Positions 1 to 11,735 are shown, numbered from the stretch's first letter. The stretch: DNA of 64,000 nt from Dehalococcoidia bacterium (GCA_965219085.1 OZ244720.1:2272001-2336000), one strand, 5' to 3'. The notes: a model not told the origin generated them from the letters alone. Numbers and translations: made by a program.

Positions 1-1302
1 GGCGCGGGCGGCGCGTACCCCCCGGGGAGGTGGCGGCCGCTGGCCGAGGTGGTCTCGGCCGCCCCGGGCACCCGCACCACGTACCTCGCGAGCGGGACGG
101 CGAACGTCGACGCGCCGCAGAACGTGTTCGTAGAGTCGTACGCCGGTGGCGGGGCGTACGACCGCGTGCACATCGGGGCGGGCGTGGGAGGCACCGCGTA
201 CCGGGACCAGCTGTGGCGGAACCCGAGGCCATTCGGTCACGAGTCGCCCCACGGGCTCGCGATCGCGTCCGGGCGCGGCGGCGCCTGGCTGGTCTCGCCC
301 AGCGCTGTGTGGCACGCGCCGTACCCGGAGCCCGCGGCCGACCTCGGCGCTGACGTGCTCGAGGCGACGCTCATCGAGGGGCTGCGCGGGGGACGGATGC
401 GCCTGGTGCTGCGCAACGACGACGGGCGGTACGGCCCGGATGCCGCACCGGTCGCCCTCGCGGCGGGTGGCGAACTGCGGCCGGGCCCCGGCTACCTCAC
501 GAGCGCGGGCGAGGAGTCCTCGGACGGGCGCGCGTTCTGGATCACCACCGTGCGGCGCCGCTACGAGCCCGGCGGCTCGACCGTCGAGATCGAGGCAGTC
601 GACGGCTGGGGGTTGCTCGACGCGTGGACCGCTCCGCGCCAGTTCGTGTGGGCGGCGGGCGAGGCGAGCGCGTCGAGGGTGCTCACGGGGGTCATGCAGC
701 ATGCAGGCGTACGGCTCGCAAGCGGCAGCTCGAGCGTCGAGTCCGCGACGTTGCGGCCGGCGTTCACGATGCGCGCAGGCGAGCGCGGCTCGACCGCGGT
801 CCGGCGGCTCCTCGCGATGCTGCCCGACGAGGTGATCATGCGTGACCACTGGGCGTTCCTGGCCGAACCAGCCGCGAACGACGCGCCCGTGGCCAGTTTT
901 GGAGACGACGACCCCCTCGTCCGCATCACCGTGGAGTCGGGCGCCCCTGCCACCGGATGGGCGCGCATCTTTGGCGCGGGCGTGCTGGCCGAGGCCGTCC
1001 ACGACGACGCGCTCGCCGAGGGTGGCGGCACGGCCATCGTCGTCGACGGGAACGTCGACGCGCAGGCGCGCGCCGACGCCCGCGCGGACGCAGTGCTGCG
1101 CCGTTCGCAGCTGGCTCTCGGGCGCGGGGAGGTGGTCGTGCGGCCGCACCCGGGCCTCGAGGTCGGCGACGTGGTCGCGATCGCCTCGAAGCGCGCGGGA
1201 CTCGTCGAGGCGCGGTTCCGCGCGTCCGGGCTGCACCTTCGCTACGTGCGCGGCGGCCGGCGCGCGGTCTACGAGCAGCGCATCGCGCTCAGCGACGTGT
1301 AG
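1..1302 (+). CDS. Hypothetical protein, phage tail/baseplate-hub-like (5' truncated by window edge)
   Basis: Frame is open from base 1. C-terminal pattern (..GEVVVRPHPGLEVGDVVAI..) recalls tail hub proteins; family assignment is inference. Confidence 0.45.
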   Translation, partial: GAGGAYPPGRWRPLAEVVSAAPGTRTTYLASGTANVDAPQNVFVESYAGGGAYDRVHIGAGVGGTAYRDQLWRNPRPFGHESPHGLAIASGRGGAWLVSPSAVWHAPYPEPAADLGADVLEATLIEGLRGGRMRLVLRNDDGRYGPDAAPVALAAGGELRPGPGYLTSAGEESSDGRAFWITTVRRRYEPGGSTVEIEAVDGWGLLDAWTAPRQFVWAAGEASASRVLTGVMQHAGVRLASGSSSVESATLRPAFTMRAGERGSTAVRRLLAMLPDEVIMRDHWAFLAEPAANDAPVASFGDDDPLVRITVESGAPATGWARIFGAGVLAEAVHDDALAEGGGTAIVVDGNVDAQARADARADAVLRRSQLALGRGEVVVRPHPGLEVGDVVAIASKRAGLVEARFRASGLHLRYVRGGRRAVYEQRIALSDV

Positions 1303-1311
1303 GAGGCCCCG

Positions 1312-1518
1312 ATGATCGAACGCGCCACCCTCGAAGCCTTCGACGCGGCGACGCACCTAGCGACCGTGCGGTTCGCCGGCTCACTCACCTCGGTGGTGCG
1401 CGGCGTCCCCGTCTCGCGCGCCATCCCGGCCGCCGAGCTGGTCACGGGCCGGCGGGTGGCGGTGGCCCTGTTCGACCCCGGCCACCCCCTCGATGCGATG
1501 GTCGTGGGGGTGCACTGA
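1312..1518 (+). CDS. Small OB-fold-like protein, possible baseplate spike N-terminal-like
   Basis: AGGAGG SD then ATG; 68 aa, beta-rich (ATLEAFDAATHLATVRF..GRRVAVALF..MVVGV); follows the hub-like gene. Confidence 0.45.
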   Translation: MIERATLEAFDAATHLATVRFAGSLTSVVRGVPVSRAIPAAELVTGRRVAVALFDPGHPLDAMVVGVH

Positions 1519-1527
1519 CCGACCTGG

Positions 1528-2604
1528 CTACGGCGCGGTGTCACCCTCAAACAGCGTGGGCTGCGCGCCATTCGACCCGGCCGAGGGCTCCTCGGCGGCG
1601 TGGTTGTAGGCCATACCGAGGTGGTCGTAGGCGAAGCGGGACGCCACGCGCCCGCGCGGGGTGCGCTGCAGGAAGCCGATCTTGAGCAGGTACGGCTCGT
1701 ACACGTCCATGATCGTGTCGGGCTCCTCGGACACCGCCGCGGCCAGCGTCTCGAGGCCGGCCGGCCCGCCCCCGAAGCGGTCCACGAGCACACGCAGCAA
1801 CTCGCGGTCCATCGCATCCAGCCCCAACTCGTCGATCTCCAACTGCGCCAGCGCCTCGTCGGCGACCGCGGCGGTGATGACGCCGTCCGCGCGCACCTCG
1901 GCGTAGTCACGCACGCGCCGCAGCAGGCGGTTGGCGACACGCGCAGTCCCGCGCGAGCGCCGCGCGATGCCCTCCACGCCGCCGTCGTCGATGGCGCAGC
2001 CGATCACGGCCGCCGAGCGCTCGACGATGCGCGCGAGCGCCTGCTCATCGTAGAAGTCGAGCCGCCACGTCGCGCCGAAGCGCTCGCGCAGGGGCTGGGA
2101 GACGAGGGCGTAGCGCGTCGTGGCGCCGATCAGCGTGAAGCGGTTGAGCTTGAGCCGCACATCGCGCGCCTTCGGCCCGGAGCCGAGGATGATGTCGAGC
2201 GCCCAGTCCTCCATCGCCGGGTACAGGATCTCCTCGACGGGCCGCGGGAGCCGATGCACCTCGTCGATGAACAGCACGTCGCCGGACTGCAGGCTCGTGA
2301 GCACCGCGGCGAGGTCGCCGGCGCGCTCGATGGCGGGGCCCGAGGTGACGCGGATCGAGACGCCCATCTCGGAGGCGATGATCATCGCGAGCGTCGTCTT
2401 GCCGAGGCCCGGCGGCCCGTGGATGAGGACGTGGTCGAGCGGCTCGCCACGCGCGAGCGCCGCCTCGATGCCGATCCGCAGCGACGCCTTGACGGTGTCC
2501 TGGCCGAAGTACTCGTCGAGCCGCCGTGGACGCAGCGAGGGTTCGACCGTCACGTCGCCCGGAGTTTGCGTTCGCGCCAGCGGACCGCGTTGCGTGTCGT
2601 TCAC
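1528..2604 (-). CDS. ruvB: Holliday junction branch migration helicase RuvB
   Basis: [53 protein letters not shown] start at 2604 chosen; 2622 is an alternative. Confidence 0.97.
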   Translation of the reverse strand: MNDTQRGPLARTQTPGDVTVEPSLRPRRLDEYFGQDTVKASLRIGIEAALARGEPLDHVLIHGPPGLGKTTLAMIIASEMGVSIRVTSGPAIERAGDLAAVLTSLQSGDVLFIDEVHRLPRPVEEILYPAMEDWALDIILGSGPKARDVRLKLNRFTLIGATTRYALVSQPLRERFGATWRLDFYDEQALARIVERSAAVIGCAIDDGGVEGIARRSRGTARVANRLLRRVRDYAEVRADGVITAAVADEALAQLEIDELGLDAMDRELLRVLVDRFGGGPAGLETLAAAVSEEPDTIMDVYEPYLLKIGFLQRTPRGRVASRFAYDHLGMAYNHAAEEPSAGSNGAQPTLFEGDTAP

Positions 2605-2697
2605 GCCTGTCCTCGATCGCACGGCTCTCTGCCGCGCTCCCCACCGAGGCGTCAGTATAGCGAACGTGCGTTCGTCGCGCGACCCGGGGGGATCAGG

Positions 2698-3252
2698 TCA
2701 GTCTTGCTGAGGATTGCTATGGACGCTCTCGAGGGTCGTCGTGGAGGGAAGGGACATCGTCTCGATGATCAGTTGGCAGATTCTTTGGCCTGGATACAAT
2801 CTCAGCGTGAATGGCCCGGCATTAGTGAGTTCGAGTTGCAGGCGCTCGTGGAACGTCGGATGCACAGTGGGAGCCGACTGATGGACGGAGAGGCCGAGCC
2901 GTGCTGGCGTACTCCGTCCCTCAACACGAGCAGCCAGGAAGTTCGGGAGGCCAATAGTTTCGCGTGTCCAAGCGAGCGCGAATTCGCCGGGCCGCAACGG
3001 AAAGGAGTCTCCCTCCTCGATCTCCGTGACCACACTGAAGTCTCGCAGGGCGTCCATCACGGCTCGCGAATCACGCGTGTCAATCGATGTCTCTGCTGCC
3101 TTCCCACCAGGGACGACCACCGTCTGGAAGTCGTTGGCAAGCGTCAGATCGATGGTCGAGGGCGATACAGCCTCAAGTGCGGGAACTGGGTCGATGATCA
3201 GACGCTCTGACCTGATCAGCGACCAAATCTCTTGATCGGACAGGATCGCCAT
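2698..3252 (-). CDS. dcd: dCTP deaminase (short, trimeric dUTPase-fold type)
   Basis: ILSDQEI, PSTIDLTL, VEGRSTPARLGLSVH, LELTNAG, GQRICQL; visibly lower GC than flanks. Confidence 0.85.
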   Translation of the reverse strand: MAILSDQEIWSLIRSERLIIDPVPALEAVSPSTIDLTLANDFQTVVVPGGKAAETSIDTRDSRAVMDALRDFSVVTEIEEGDSFPLRPGEFALAWTRETIGLPNFLAARVEGRSTPARLGLSVHQSAPTVHPTFHERLQLELTNAGPFTLRLYPGQRICQLIIETMSLPSTTTLESVHSNPQQD

Positions 3253-3253
3253 G

Positions 3254-3532
3254 CTAGGCCTGTATCAAGTCCTGGGAGACGAGCAGTCGCTCACCGGATG
3301 GGAAATCAACGAGCCAATTCGCATCATTGTCGTCCGCAGTGCCTACTTTCATTGCCCGTACAAGCTGTTCTGGTACTCGGAAGTGCCTGGAGGAAGCGAT
3401 AATGATCCGCGTCCCTTCCACTCCTCTGACGACGCAGGCGGCCTCACCTCCCGGCAAGCTGCTGGCTTCCTCACACCTTACCCACGTACGTTCCGGCCTT
3501 GGGAGGAATCGCGGAATCGTGATTTCTGGCAT
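3254..3532 (-). CDS. Hypothetical protein, upstream partner of dcd
   Basis: ORF ends 1 bp before the dcd start; GAGG SD before ATG 3532; lower GC. Confidence 0.5.
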   Translation of the reverse strand: MPEITIPRFLPRPERTWVRCEEASSLPGGEAACVVRGVEGTRIIIASSRHFRVPEQLVRAMKVGTADDNDANWLVDFPSGERLLVSQDLIQA

Positions 3533-3694
3533 TGCTACCTCGTCCCTCACTGCGGTGCGGTAAACATAGAGGTGTGGGCTAATGGCATCAACACAAAGCG
3601 ATCTAGCGATTCAGCATTTACTCCGATGCCCACTGGACGATGGTAGCATACATGTTCTGATACGCAGAAGCCCTCTCCCCCGGCCGCCGCGAGA

Positions 3695-4585
3695 ATGCAG
3701 CCAGCAAGAAGAATCGCGCCGCTACGGCCCGCAGGTCGCTATCCTCGGACGGTGGGAACCGAGCGCGACCAGGCGATGCTGACGGAGATGACCGCGGGGC
3801 TGCACACCTCGTTCGTGCCGGCCGTCGTGCGACAGCTCGGGGACATCGATGGCTTCCTGAGCGCCGTCTGGCCGCAGCTCGCGCCGTCCGTAGACACCGC
3901 TGGGTTCCTCGGGAGCGCCCTGTACATGGCCGATATGGCGCTCGACGCTGTCGAGGAGGTCTACGACGAGCCCACGCTGTCGCGGGAGTCGCTGCTGGCC
4001 GGTGCGCTGAGCGAGGCCGACCTCGATCAGGTCATCGCCGTGCTCGACGTGTTCCACTGGCTGCAGCCGCAACTGCTGCTCCTGCTCGCGGCGCTCGCCG
4101 AATCGCAGGACGCACCCTCCGTGGGCGGCGAGGGGCGGCCCGAGCCGCGCGAGCCGTCGGAGCGCGAGCAGGCACATGTCGACACGTGGGTGGAGCTGGC
4201 CTCGCCCGAGGTGGGGCCGCTGCCGGAGGTTGTGAAAGAACTCCAGCTCGATGCGCCGCCCGACCTCTACCGAGCCGCCGGCGTTTGGCCCGGATACCTC
4301 GAGGCTGTGTGGGACGAGTTGCAGCACCTGGTGGCGTACCCGCTGTTCCGGCGCCGCGGGCGCGCGCTGTACTTCTATGCACGCTCCTCGTCACGCTTCC
4401 TCGCAGTCCCGCTGCATGCGGACGACACGGCCCTGCGCGAGGCAGGCGTGCGTCCCTACGCCATCGCCGAGGCGCGCGACATCGTCGAGCGCGCGCTCCC
4501 GGCCGTCTCCACGATGATGATGCACTGCACCGCGATGCGCGTCGGTCTGGGCCTGCGCGAGCGCGAGGTCGTGCTCGACGCATGA
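3695..4585 (+). CDS. DehI-family (group I haloacid dehalogenase-like) protein
   Basis: Internal two-fold repeat with FLSAVWPQLAP and YRAAGVWPGYLEAVWDEL; VFHWLQPQLLLL. Confidence 0.6.
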   Translation: MQPARRIAPLRPAGRYPRTVGTERDQAMLTEMTAGLHTSFVPAVVRQLGDIDGFLSAVWPQLAPSVDTAGFLGSALYMADMALDAVEEVYDEPTLSRESLLAGALSEADLDQVIAVLDVFHWLQPQLLLLLAALAESQDAPSVGGEGRPEPREPSEREQAHVDTWVELASPEVGPLPEVVKELQLDAPPDLYRAAGVWPGYLEAVWDELQHLVAYPLFRRRGRALYFYARSSSRFLAVPLHADDTALREAGVRPYAIAEARDIVERALPAVSTMMMHCTAMRVGLGLREREVVLDA

Positions 4586-4603
4586 GACCCGGCAGGGCGC
4601 GCC

Positions 4604-5365
4604 ATGGCTGAGCGCATCGGCGACCTCACGAACGCGTGGTCGCCGGACGACCCGGACGTCCTCGATGCGCTGCGCGAGGCGACCATGGGGCAGCTGCGGC
4701 TGCTGTACGACTCCTCGAACTACGTGTTCCTCGCCGACCTCGAGCATCCCGAGCACGGCGCCGGGCTGGGCGTCTACAAACCGCAGCGCGGCGAGCAGCC
4801 GCTCTCGGACTTCACGTACGGCACGCTGCACCGCCGCGAGGTCGCCACGTACGAGCTGTCGCGCCTCCTCGGGTGGCCGATGGTGCCGCCGACCGTGGAG
4901 CGCGAGGGGCCCGAGGGGCTGGGCTCCATGCAGCTCTTCGTCGAGCACGACCCGGCCGAGCACTTCTTCGCGCTGCGCGACCGCGAGGACCTGCGGGAGC
5001 AGTTCATGCGGATGGCCGCGTTCGACCTCGTGGCCAACAACGCGGACCGCAAGGGCGGGCACATCCTCCTCGACGCCCGCGGCCGTGTGTGGGGCATCGA
5101 CCAGGCGCTGTGCTTCCATCACCACGAGAAGCTGCGCACGGTGATCTGGGACTTCGCCGGCGAGGAGCTCCCCCAGCGCTGGCACGCGGACCTGGAGCGC
5201 GCGCACGACGCGATGCGCGACCGGGACTCCTCGACGGAGCCGCTGCGGGCGTTCCTCACGGATGCCGAGACGGATGCGTTCGTCGAGCGTACCGCGCGTC
5301 TGTTGGCCTACCCGGTGTTGCCGGAGATGTACCCGTGGCGCTGCGTGCCCTGGCCGATGATCTAG
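4604..5365 (+). CDS. SCO1664-family PI3/4-kinase-like protein
   Basis: SNYVFL, YKPQRGEQPLSDF, REVATYELS, FDLVANNADRKGGH, KLRTVIWDFAGE, VPWP terminus. Confidence 0.85.
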   Translation: MAERIGDLTNAWSPDDPDVLDALREATMGQLRLLYDSSNYVFLADLEHPEHGAGLGVYKPQRGEQPLSDFTYGTLHRREVATYELSRLLGWPMVPPTVEREGPEGLGSMQLFVEHDPAEHFFALRDREDLREQFMRMAAFDLVANNADRKGGHILLDARGRVWGIDQALCFHHHEKLRTVIWDFAGEELPQRWHADLERAHDAMRDRDSSTEPLRAFLTDAETDAFVERTARLLAYPVLPEMYPWRCVPWPMI

Positions 5366-5413
5366 GCTGGCTCGCGCCGTCCAGTCACTCGAGCCGGATC
5401 CCGAGGCGGGGCG

Positions 5414-6660
<1,247 letters not shown>

Positions 6661-6661
<1 letters not shown>

Positions 6662-7530
6662 CAGGATGGTCCCGTGGTCAGACTCTGGAGGAACTCGCGG
6701 ATGTGCTGCCCGAGGGCGGCCGGTTGGTCAGATGGTACAGCGTGCCCGGCCTCCTCGATCAAGGAGACGCGGGAACCGGGGATGCGGCGGTGGAGGCGCT
6801 GGATCGCCTCGGGCGTGAGCATGTCGGTCTCCGCGCCGCGCACGATCATCACCGGGCACTGGATGCGCTCGACGCAGTCCCAGAGGTTCACCATGCGACG
6901 CTGGCCGGGGTCGGGCTCCGGCGGGCGCGCGGTGGCGTCGCGGAAGATCGGGTCGAAGTTCCACGCGAACGCGCCATCGTCGGTGGCGGCCACCGTGGCT
7001 CGCACGCGGCGGGCGAGTTGCTCCTCGGTCGCGTAGGGATAGAAGTTGGCGAAGATCTCGATCGCCTCGTCGTGGCTCGTGAACTCGTCGGCCGACGCGA
7101 AGAGCCGCCGCAGGTTCTCGATGCCCGTGCGCAGCACCTCCGGCGCCGCCTCGATGACGACGAGGGCGGTGACGATCTCGGGGTGCTCGGCGGCGAAGCA
7201 GAGCGCGTTCGCGCCCCCCATACCGTGGCCGATGAGCGTAACGGTGCGGAGCCCGAGGCTGTCCACGAACGCCTCGAGATCCTCGACCTGGCTGGTGCGG
7301 GAGTAGTTGTGGTCGCTGGCGCGCTGGCTGCCGCCGTGGCCGCGCTGGTCGAGCGCGATCACGCGGTACTCGCGCGCGAGTTCGGTGCCCGTCTCCTGCC
7401 AGATGCCGGAGGTCTCACCGTAGCCGTGGAGCAGGATCAGCGCGTGACGCGTACGCGATTCGCCCCACTCGTGGTACTGGAGGTTGAGGCCGTTGATCTC
7501 GACGGTCTGGGCCGTGTTGCGGTTGGCCAA
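6661..7530 (-). CDS. Alpha/beta-fold hydrolase
   Basis: LLHGYG, DQRGHGGS, IGHGMGG (nucleophile Ser replaced by Gly), EAGHAV; TGATG overlap with fabF. Confidence 0.85.
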
Positions 7531-7733
7531 GGCAAGCGCCTCTCGGGGTCAGCGTGAACGTGCTGCGGTGGGCCATCGTAGCATCGCGGTGCGCTGCGCG
7601 CTGCGACGATGAGCTGAACGGCGATGTCGCGCCGCCTGCCAAGTCGTGCTGTCCAGACGAGGTTGCCGGAGGGCGCGAGGAAGAGAATGGTCCTGACGCT
7701 ACAGCAGTGCTGGACGCTCAACGGGAGAAGTAC

Positions 7734-8228
7734 ATGAAGCGCCACGCGTGGCTCCTCGTGTCATGCACGCTCTCTCTAATGCTGATCCTCGCCGGCTGCT
7801 CTGGCGAGTCGTCAAAGTCGGAAGAAGAGGAGTACTGCGAGTCCCTCGGGACGGCCGGGAAGCACGAGTATGCGCTAAGGGGGCACTGCTTGAACGCCGC
7901 CGATGCCGAACAAGCGAGGATCGAGCGCGAGAATTGCCAACGCAACAGCGCCACGTGTCCCCCGACACCCCGTCCAACGGTGACGCCTGCCGCGTCTGAC
8001 GTTTTTCGCCTCTGGTACGCCGCAAATGGATACCCGGCTTCCGCGTTCGACAAGGCGCGAAGCATCGTCGACCAGGCTTGCCGGTCGCTCCGCGATGGTC
8101 TCTCGGGGGAGTCGGTGGTGATTGCGATCATGGCGGCAGCCGAGCCGAGCGAGACTGGTGACATCCTCTACATTGTCGGTGCCGGAGTACAGGCGCTCTG
8201 CCCGGATCAATCGCACAAGTTCCGGTGA
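7734..8228 (+). CDS. Putative lipoprotein with DUF732-like C-terminal domain
   Basis: Signal peptide with lipobox LAGC; C-terminal ACRSLRDG..IVGAGVQALCPD; lower GC. Confidence 0.6.
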   Translation: MKRHAWLLVSCTLSLMLILAGCSGESSKSEEEEYCESLGTAGKHEYALRGHCLNAADAEQARIERENCQRNSATCPPTPRPTVTPAASDVFRLWYAANGYPASAFDKARSIVDQACRSLRDGLSGESVVIAIMAAAEPSETGDILYIVGAGVQALCPDQSHKFR

Positions 8229-8440
8229 GACCCATGCTCACGATCGCCAGACGCAAGAGCGGAGCTTGGCGTCAGAGCGGCGCTACGCGCCCTGCCCAAC
8301 CCCATCTCGGTGACGGCCAACCTGCGACGCTGGCAAAATGACAGCCTGAGGATCGGACCCGGCCGCAGTTCCGCTCCATGGTCGGATCGTAGGCTCGGGC
8401 AACAGGCCGACCTCAAGTGAGGCCCGCTGGGTCGCCTCGG

Positions 8441-9385
8441 CTACAGCGAGACGGCGAGGGAGCTGGCGGGGGGCAGGCTGGCCGTGTCGCCGTCGTCGGT
8501 GAGCGGGAGCCAGTTGGTGCCGCGGTCGTGCGAGGCCCACAGCCGCGCACCGGCCAGCACGAACGTCGTGTCGAGGCTGCCCGCCATGCGCGTCACCACG
8601 GGCGCGGCCGGCCACTCATCCTCGTCGCCGACGATGATCCGCATCCACCGCATGCCGCCGTCGATCGACCGGAACAGCGCGCCCTGTCCCGAGCGGCGGC
8701 GCGCCGCGCTCATCACCAGCGTGTCCAACGTGTCGGGCAGCACGGACACGGTGCGCGCGATCGAGCGGTCGAGGCCCGTGAGCGACTGCAGCCACGTGTA
8801 GCCGCCGTCCTCGGAGCGGAAGAGTCCGCTGCTCGTCGTGGCGTAGACGCGGTCCTTGTGCTCGGGGTGCTCGTAGAGCCCGGTCACGGCGGGATCGATG
8901 CCCTCGGAGCGCGGCATCCAGCCGCGGCCCTCGTCCATCGAGAGCCACACCCCCGCGCCGCGCACACCGACGAGGATGCCGTCGGGCGGGAACGCGATCG
9001 CCGTCAGCGCCCACTCGGCGTTGCTGACCGTGACCGTGCTGCGCGTGCGCTGGTAGCGCACCACGCTTTCGAGCGTGACCGAAGGCTGCCACGTCGCTCC
9101 GCCGTCGGTCGAGCGCAGCAGCTTCGGGGGCGCGGCGCCGACGAGCAGGTCGCCGTCCGGCGTGATGCGCGCCGACCGCGCATCGCCCTCCCACACCTGC
9201 CGCCAGTCCGACGGCGGCCCGCCGTCGTGCAACCACACGCCGTGGCCGGGTGACGTGACGACGGCGACACCCTCGTGCGCGTCGACGCTCGCGATCGGCA
9301 GGTCGGGGATGAGGGGGCGCGGACGCTCGCCGGGGAAGAACCCGTAGAGCCCGCGTTCGGTGCCGATGAGGATCCCGAGGCTCAC
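8441..9385 (-). CDS. BNR/Asp-box repeat beta-propeller protein
   Basis: Repeated S-x-D-x-G-x-x-W motifs (STDGGATW, SEDGGYTW, SIDGGMRW, SHDRGTNW). Confidence 0.85.
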   Translation of the reverse strand: MSLGILIGTERGLYGFFPGERPRPLIPDLPIASVDAHEGVAVVTSPGHGVWLHDGGPPSDWRQVWEGDARSARITPDGDLLVGAAPPKLLRSTDGGATWQPSVTLESVVRYQRTRSTVTVSNAEWALTAIAFPPDGILVGVRGAGVWLSMDEGRGWMPRSEGIDPAVTGLYEHPEHKDRVYATTSSGLFRSEDGGYTWLQSLTGLDRSIARTVSVLPDTLDTLVMSAARRRSGQGALFRSIDGGMRWMRIIVGDEDEWPAAPVVTRMAGSLDTTFVLAGARLWASHDRGTNWLPLTDDGDTASLPPASSLAVSL

Positions 9386-9406
9386 GTTACGGCCGGCTGT
9401 CCGCGG

Positions 9407-10219
9407 TCAGGCCGGGCGGCGTGCGCGCACGGCGTCGACGAGCCGCGGCAGCAACTCCCCGGCCGGGCCGCGCAGGATCACGGTCGCGATGGCCGTGAGC
9501 GCGGTGGGGTCGGGGTCGATCTCGATGAGCGGCACGCCGCGGCGCACGGCGATCTGCGGGAACTCCGCCGCCGGGTACACCTGCGCGGTGGTGCCGATGA
9601 TCATGAACAGGTCGCACTGCAGCGACTCGAGCTGCGAGCGCTGGAGCGCGTACGGCGGGATCGGCTCGCCGAACATCACGCCGTCGCTCTTCACGACGCC
9701 GTTGCAATCTGGCTGGGAGCAGCGAGGCGGCAGGTTCTCGGGGTCGATGGTGACCTCGGCGGCTGGCCAGCGGGAGTGGCAGGCCATGCAGCGCATCCAG
9801 TTCGTGTTGCCGTGGATCTCGGTGAGCGACTCGGTGCCGCCCTGGCGGTGCAGGTCGTCGACGTTCTGCGTGATGACGTGCTGCACCACGCCGATGCGTT
9901 CCAGCTCTGCGAGCGCACGGTGCCCGTCGTTGGGCTGGGCGGCCTCGAGCTTCACGCGGAAGTCGTCCATGTCGGGATCGGGCTGGGCGTCCCGCGCGAT
10001 CTGCTCTTCCCACCAGCTGCGGGGGTCCTCCATGAACTTCTGGTAGCCGTCCATGGCGGGCTCGCCGAGCTTCGTCCACAGGCCGTCCGGCCCGCGGAAG
10101 GTGGGGATGCCGGACTCCTTGGAGATGCCGGCGCCGGTCAGCACGACGTTGTGCGTGGATCCCGCGAGCAGGTCCGCGGCGCGCTCAAGTTCGAGGTCGA
10201 GGTTCGCTGGATCGGCCAC
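9407..10219 (-). CDS. cobB: NAD-dependent protein deacylase (sirtuin)
   Basis: LTGAGISKESGIPTFRG, ITQNVDDLH, EIHG, Zn-binding Cys pairs, MFGE; start uncertain. Confidence 0.92.
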   Translation of the reverse strand: MADPANLDLELERAADLLAGSTHNVVLTGAGISKESGIPTFRGPDGLWTKLGEPAMDGYQKFMEDPRSWWEEQIARDAQPDPDMDDFRVKLEAAQPNDGHRALAELERIGVVQHVITQNVDDLHRQGGTESLTEIHGNTNWMRCMACHSRWPAAEVTIDPENLPPRCSQPDCNGVVKSDGVMFGEPIPPYALQRSQLESLQCDLFMIIGTTAQVYPAAEFPQIAVRRGVPLIEIDPDPTALTAIATVILRGPAGELLPRLVDAVRARRPA

Positions 10220-10358
10220 GGCCCGCCCCCCTGTTGGCTCGCCTGCATCGTAGTAGGCGTTGATCACACTCACAACGCCGGGGGCTCACAACATCGAGGG
10301 CTCGCTGCGCGGACGTGACCTATGCTGGATATGGCGCTCCCGCGATGAAGGAGAGGCG

Positions 10359-11672
10359 ATGCACCTGCGGACCATCCTGTTGGCGATCGGCCTTGTGGCC
10401 GCGGCGCTCCTCGTCGCTTGCAGCGGCGATGACGACGACGCCACCATGATGGAGGAGGACGCCCCGGCTACGGCCTCGCCGGCCGCCTCGCAGGCGGCGG
10501 CAACGGCGACCGCATCGCCGACCGCATCGCTGACGGCGGAGGCCAGCCCGGAGGCGACGCCGGCCGCGACCGCGACGCCCAACCCCTCGGCCGAGGCGGC
10601 GAAGGAGGCGCAGCGCGAGTTGATCGCGCGCCGGCTGCAGGAGGACTTCCCGCTCCTCGACACCACCAGGACGACGATCGACCTCGCGGACATCATCGGC
10701 CTGCTGCCACCCGACGCGATCCCCTCGATCGACGAGCCGAACTTCGACACCGTCGCGGCGGCCGGCGCGTGGCTGCAGGCGCAGGAGCCGGTGATCGCGT
10801 TCGAGCACAACGCCGACGCGCGCGCCTACCCGCTGCACATCCTGACGTGGCACGAGATCGTCAACGACGTCGTCGGCGGCGAGCCGGTGATCGTGACGTA
10901 CTGCCCGCTCTGCAACTCCGCGATCGTGTTCTCGCGCAGCGTGGACGGCGGGGTCCGCGAGTTCGGCACGTCCGGCAAGCTACGCCGCAGCGACTTGATC
11001 ATGTACGACCGCACCAACGAGTCGCTGTGGCAGCAGCTCACGGGCGAGGCCATCGTCGGCGTCGACGCCGGGACCGTGCTCGACTTCCTGCCGGCGCAGA
11101 TCGTGTCGTTCGAGGAGTTCGGCGCGGCCTACCCCGGCGGCATGGTGCTCAACCAGGAGACGGGCCACTTCCGCAACTACGGCCAGAACCCCTACGTCTA
11201 CTACGACACCGGCGACCGCTTCATCGTCGCCGTCCCGGAGTTCGACGATGCACGCCTCGACGCCAAGGAACGCGTGCTGACCGTCGAGGTCAACGGCGAG
11301 GCCGCCGCGTTCGCGTGGCGGGCGCTCAGCGAGCTCGTGGTCATCGAGGCGGCGATCGGCGGCGAGCCGGTCGTGGCGTTCTGGCAGCCGGGCGCGGTCT
11401 CCGCGCTCGACGACGCGTTCATCGTCGGCAGTCGCAACGTCGGCTCGGCCGGCGCGTTCGTGCCGGTGCTCGACGGCGAACGGCTGACGTTCGAGGAGCG
11501 CGACGGCGCCATCGTCGACGTCGGGACGGGCAGCACGTGGAACGTGCTCGGGCAGGCGGTCGAGGGGCCACTGGCCGGATCGCAGCTCGAGCCGGTGGTG
11601 TCGGGCAGCCACTTCTGGTTCGCATGGTCGGTCTTCAAGCCGGAAACGCGCGTGATCCTGACCAGCGGTTAA
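10359..11672 (+). CDS. DUF3179 domain lipoprotein
   Basis: Lipobox VAC; PPDAIPSID, WHEIVND, YCPLCNS, FGTSGKL, MYDRTNESLWQQ, FWFAW. Confidence 0.9.
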   Translation: MHLRTILLAIGLVAAALLVACSGDDDDATMMEEDAPATASPAASQAAATATASPTASLTAEASPEATPAATATPNPSAEAAKEAQRELIARRLQEDFPLLDTTRTTIDLADIIGLLPPDAIPSIDEPNFDTVAAAGAWLQAQEPVIAFEHNADARAYPLHILTWHEIVNDVVGGEPVIVTYCPLCNSAIVFSRSVDGGVREFGTSGKLRRSDLIMYDRTNESLWQQLTGEAIVGVDAGTVLDFLPAQIVSFEEFGAAYPGGMVLNQETGHFRNYGQNPYVYYDTGDRFIVAVPEFDDARLDAKERVLTVEVNGEAAAFAWRALSELVVIEAAIGGEPVVAFWQPGAVSALDDAFIVGSRNVGSAGAFVPVLDGERLTFEERDGAIVDVGTGSTWNVLGQAVEGPLAGSQLEPVVSGSHFWFAWSVFKPETRVILTSG

Positions 11673-11735
11673 CGCTTCGCTGACGCATGGCGAGCATCGA
11701 ACGATAATGATGGTAGTGGCGAAGGGGCACGAGGC

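Noticed and set aside
8344-8395. Imperfect intergenic hairpin as an ncRNA
   Set aside because: Single, mismatched, no recognisable family; may be a terminator or chance.
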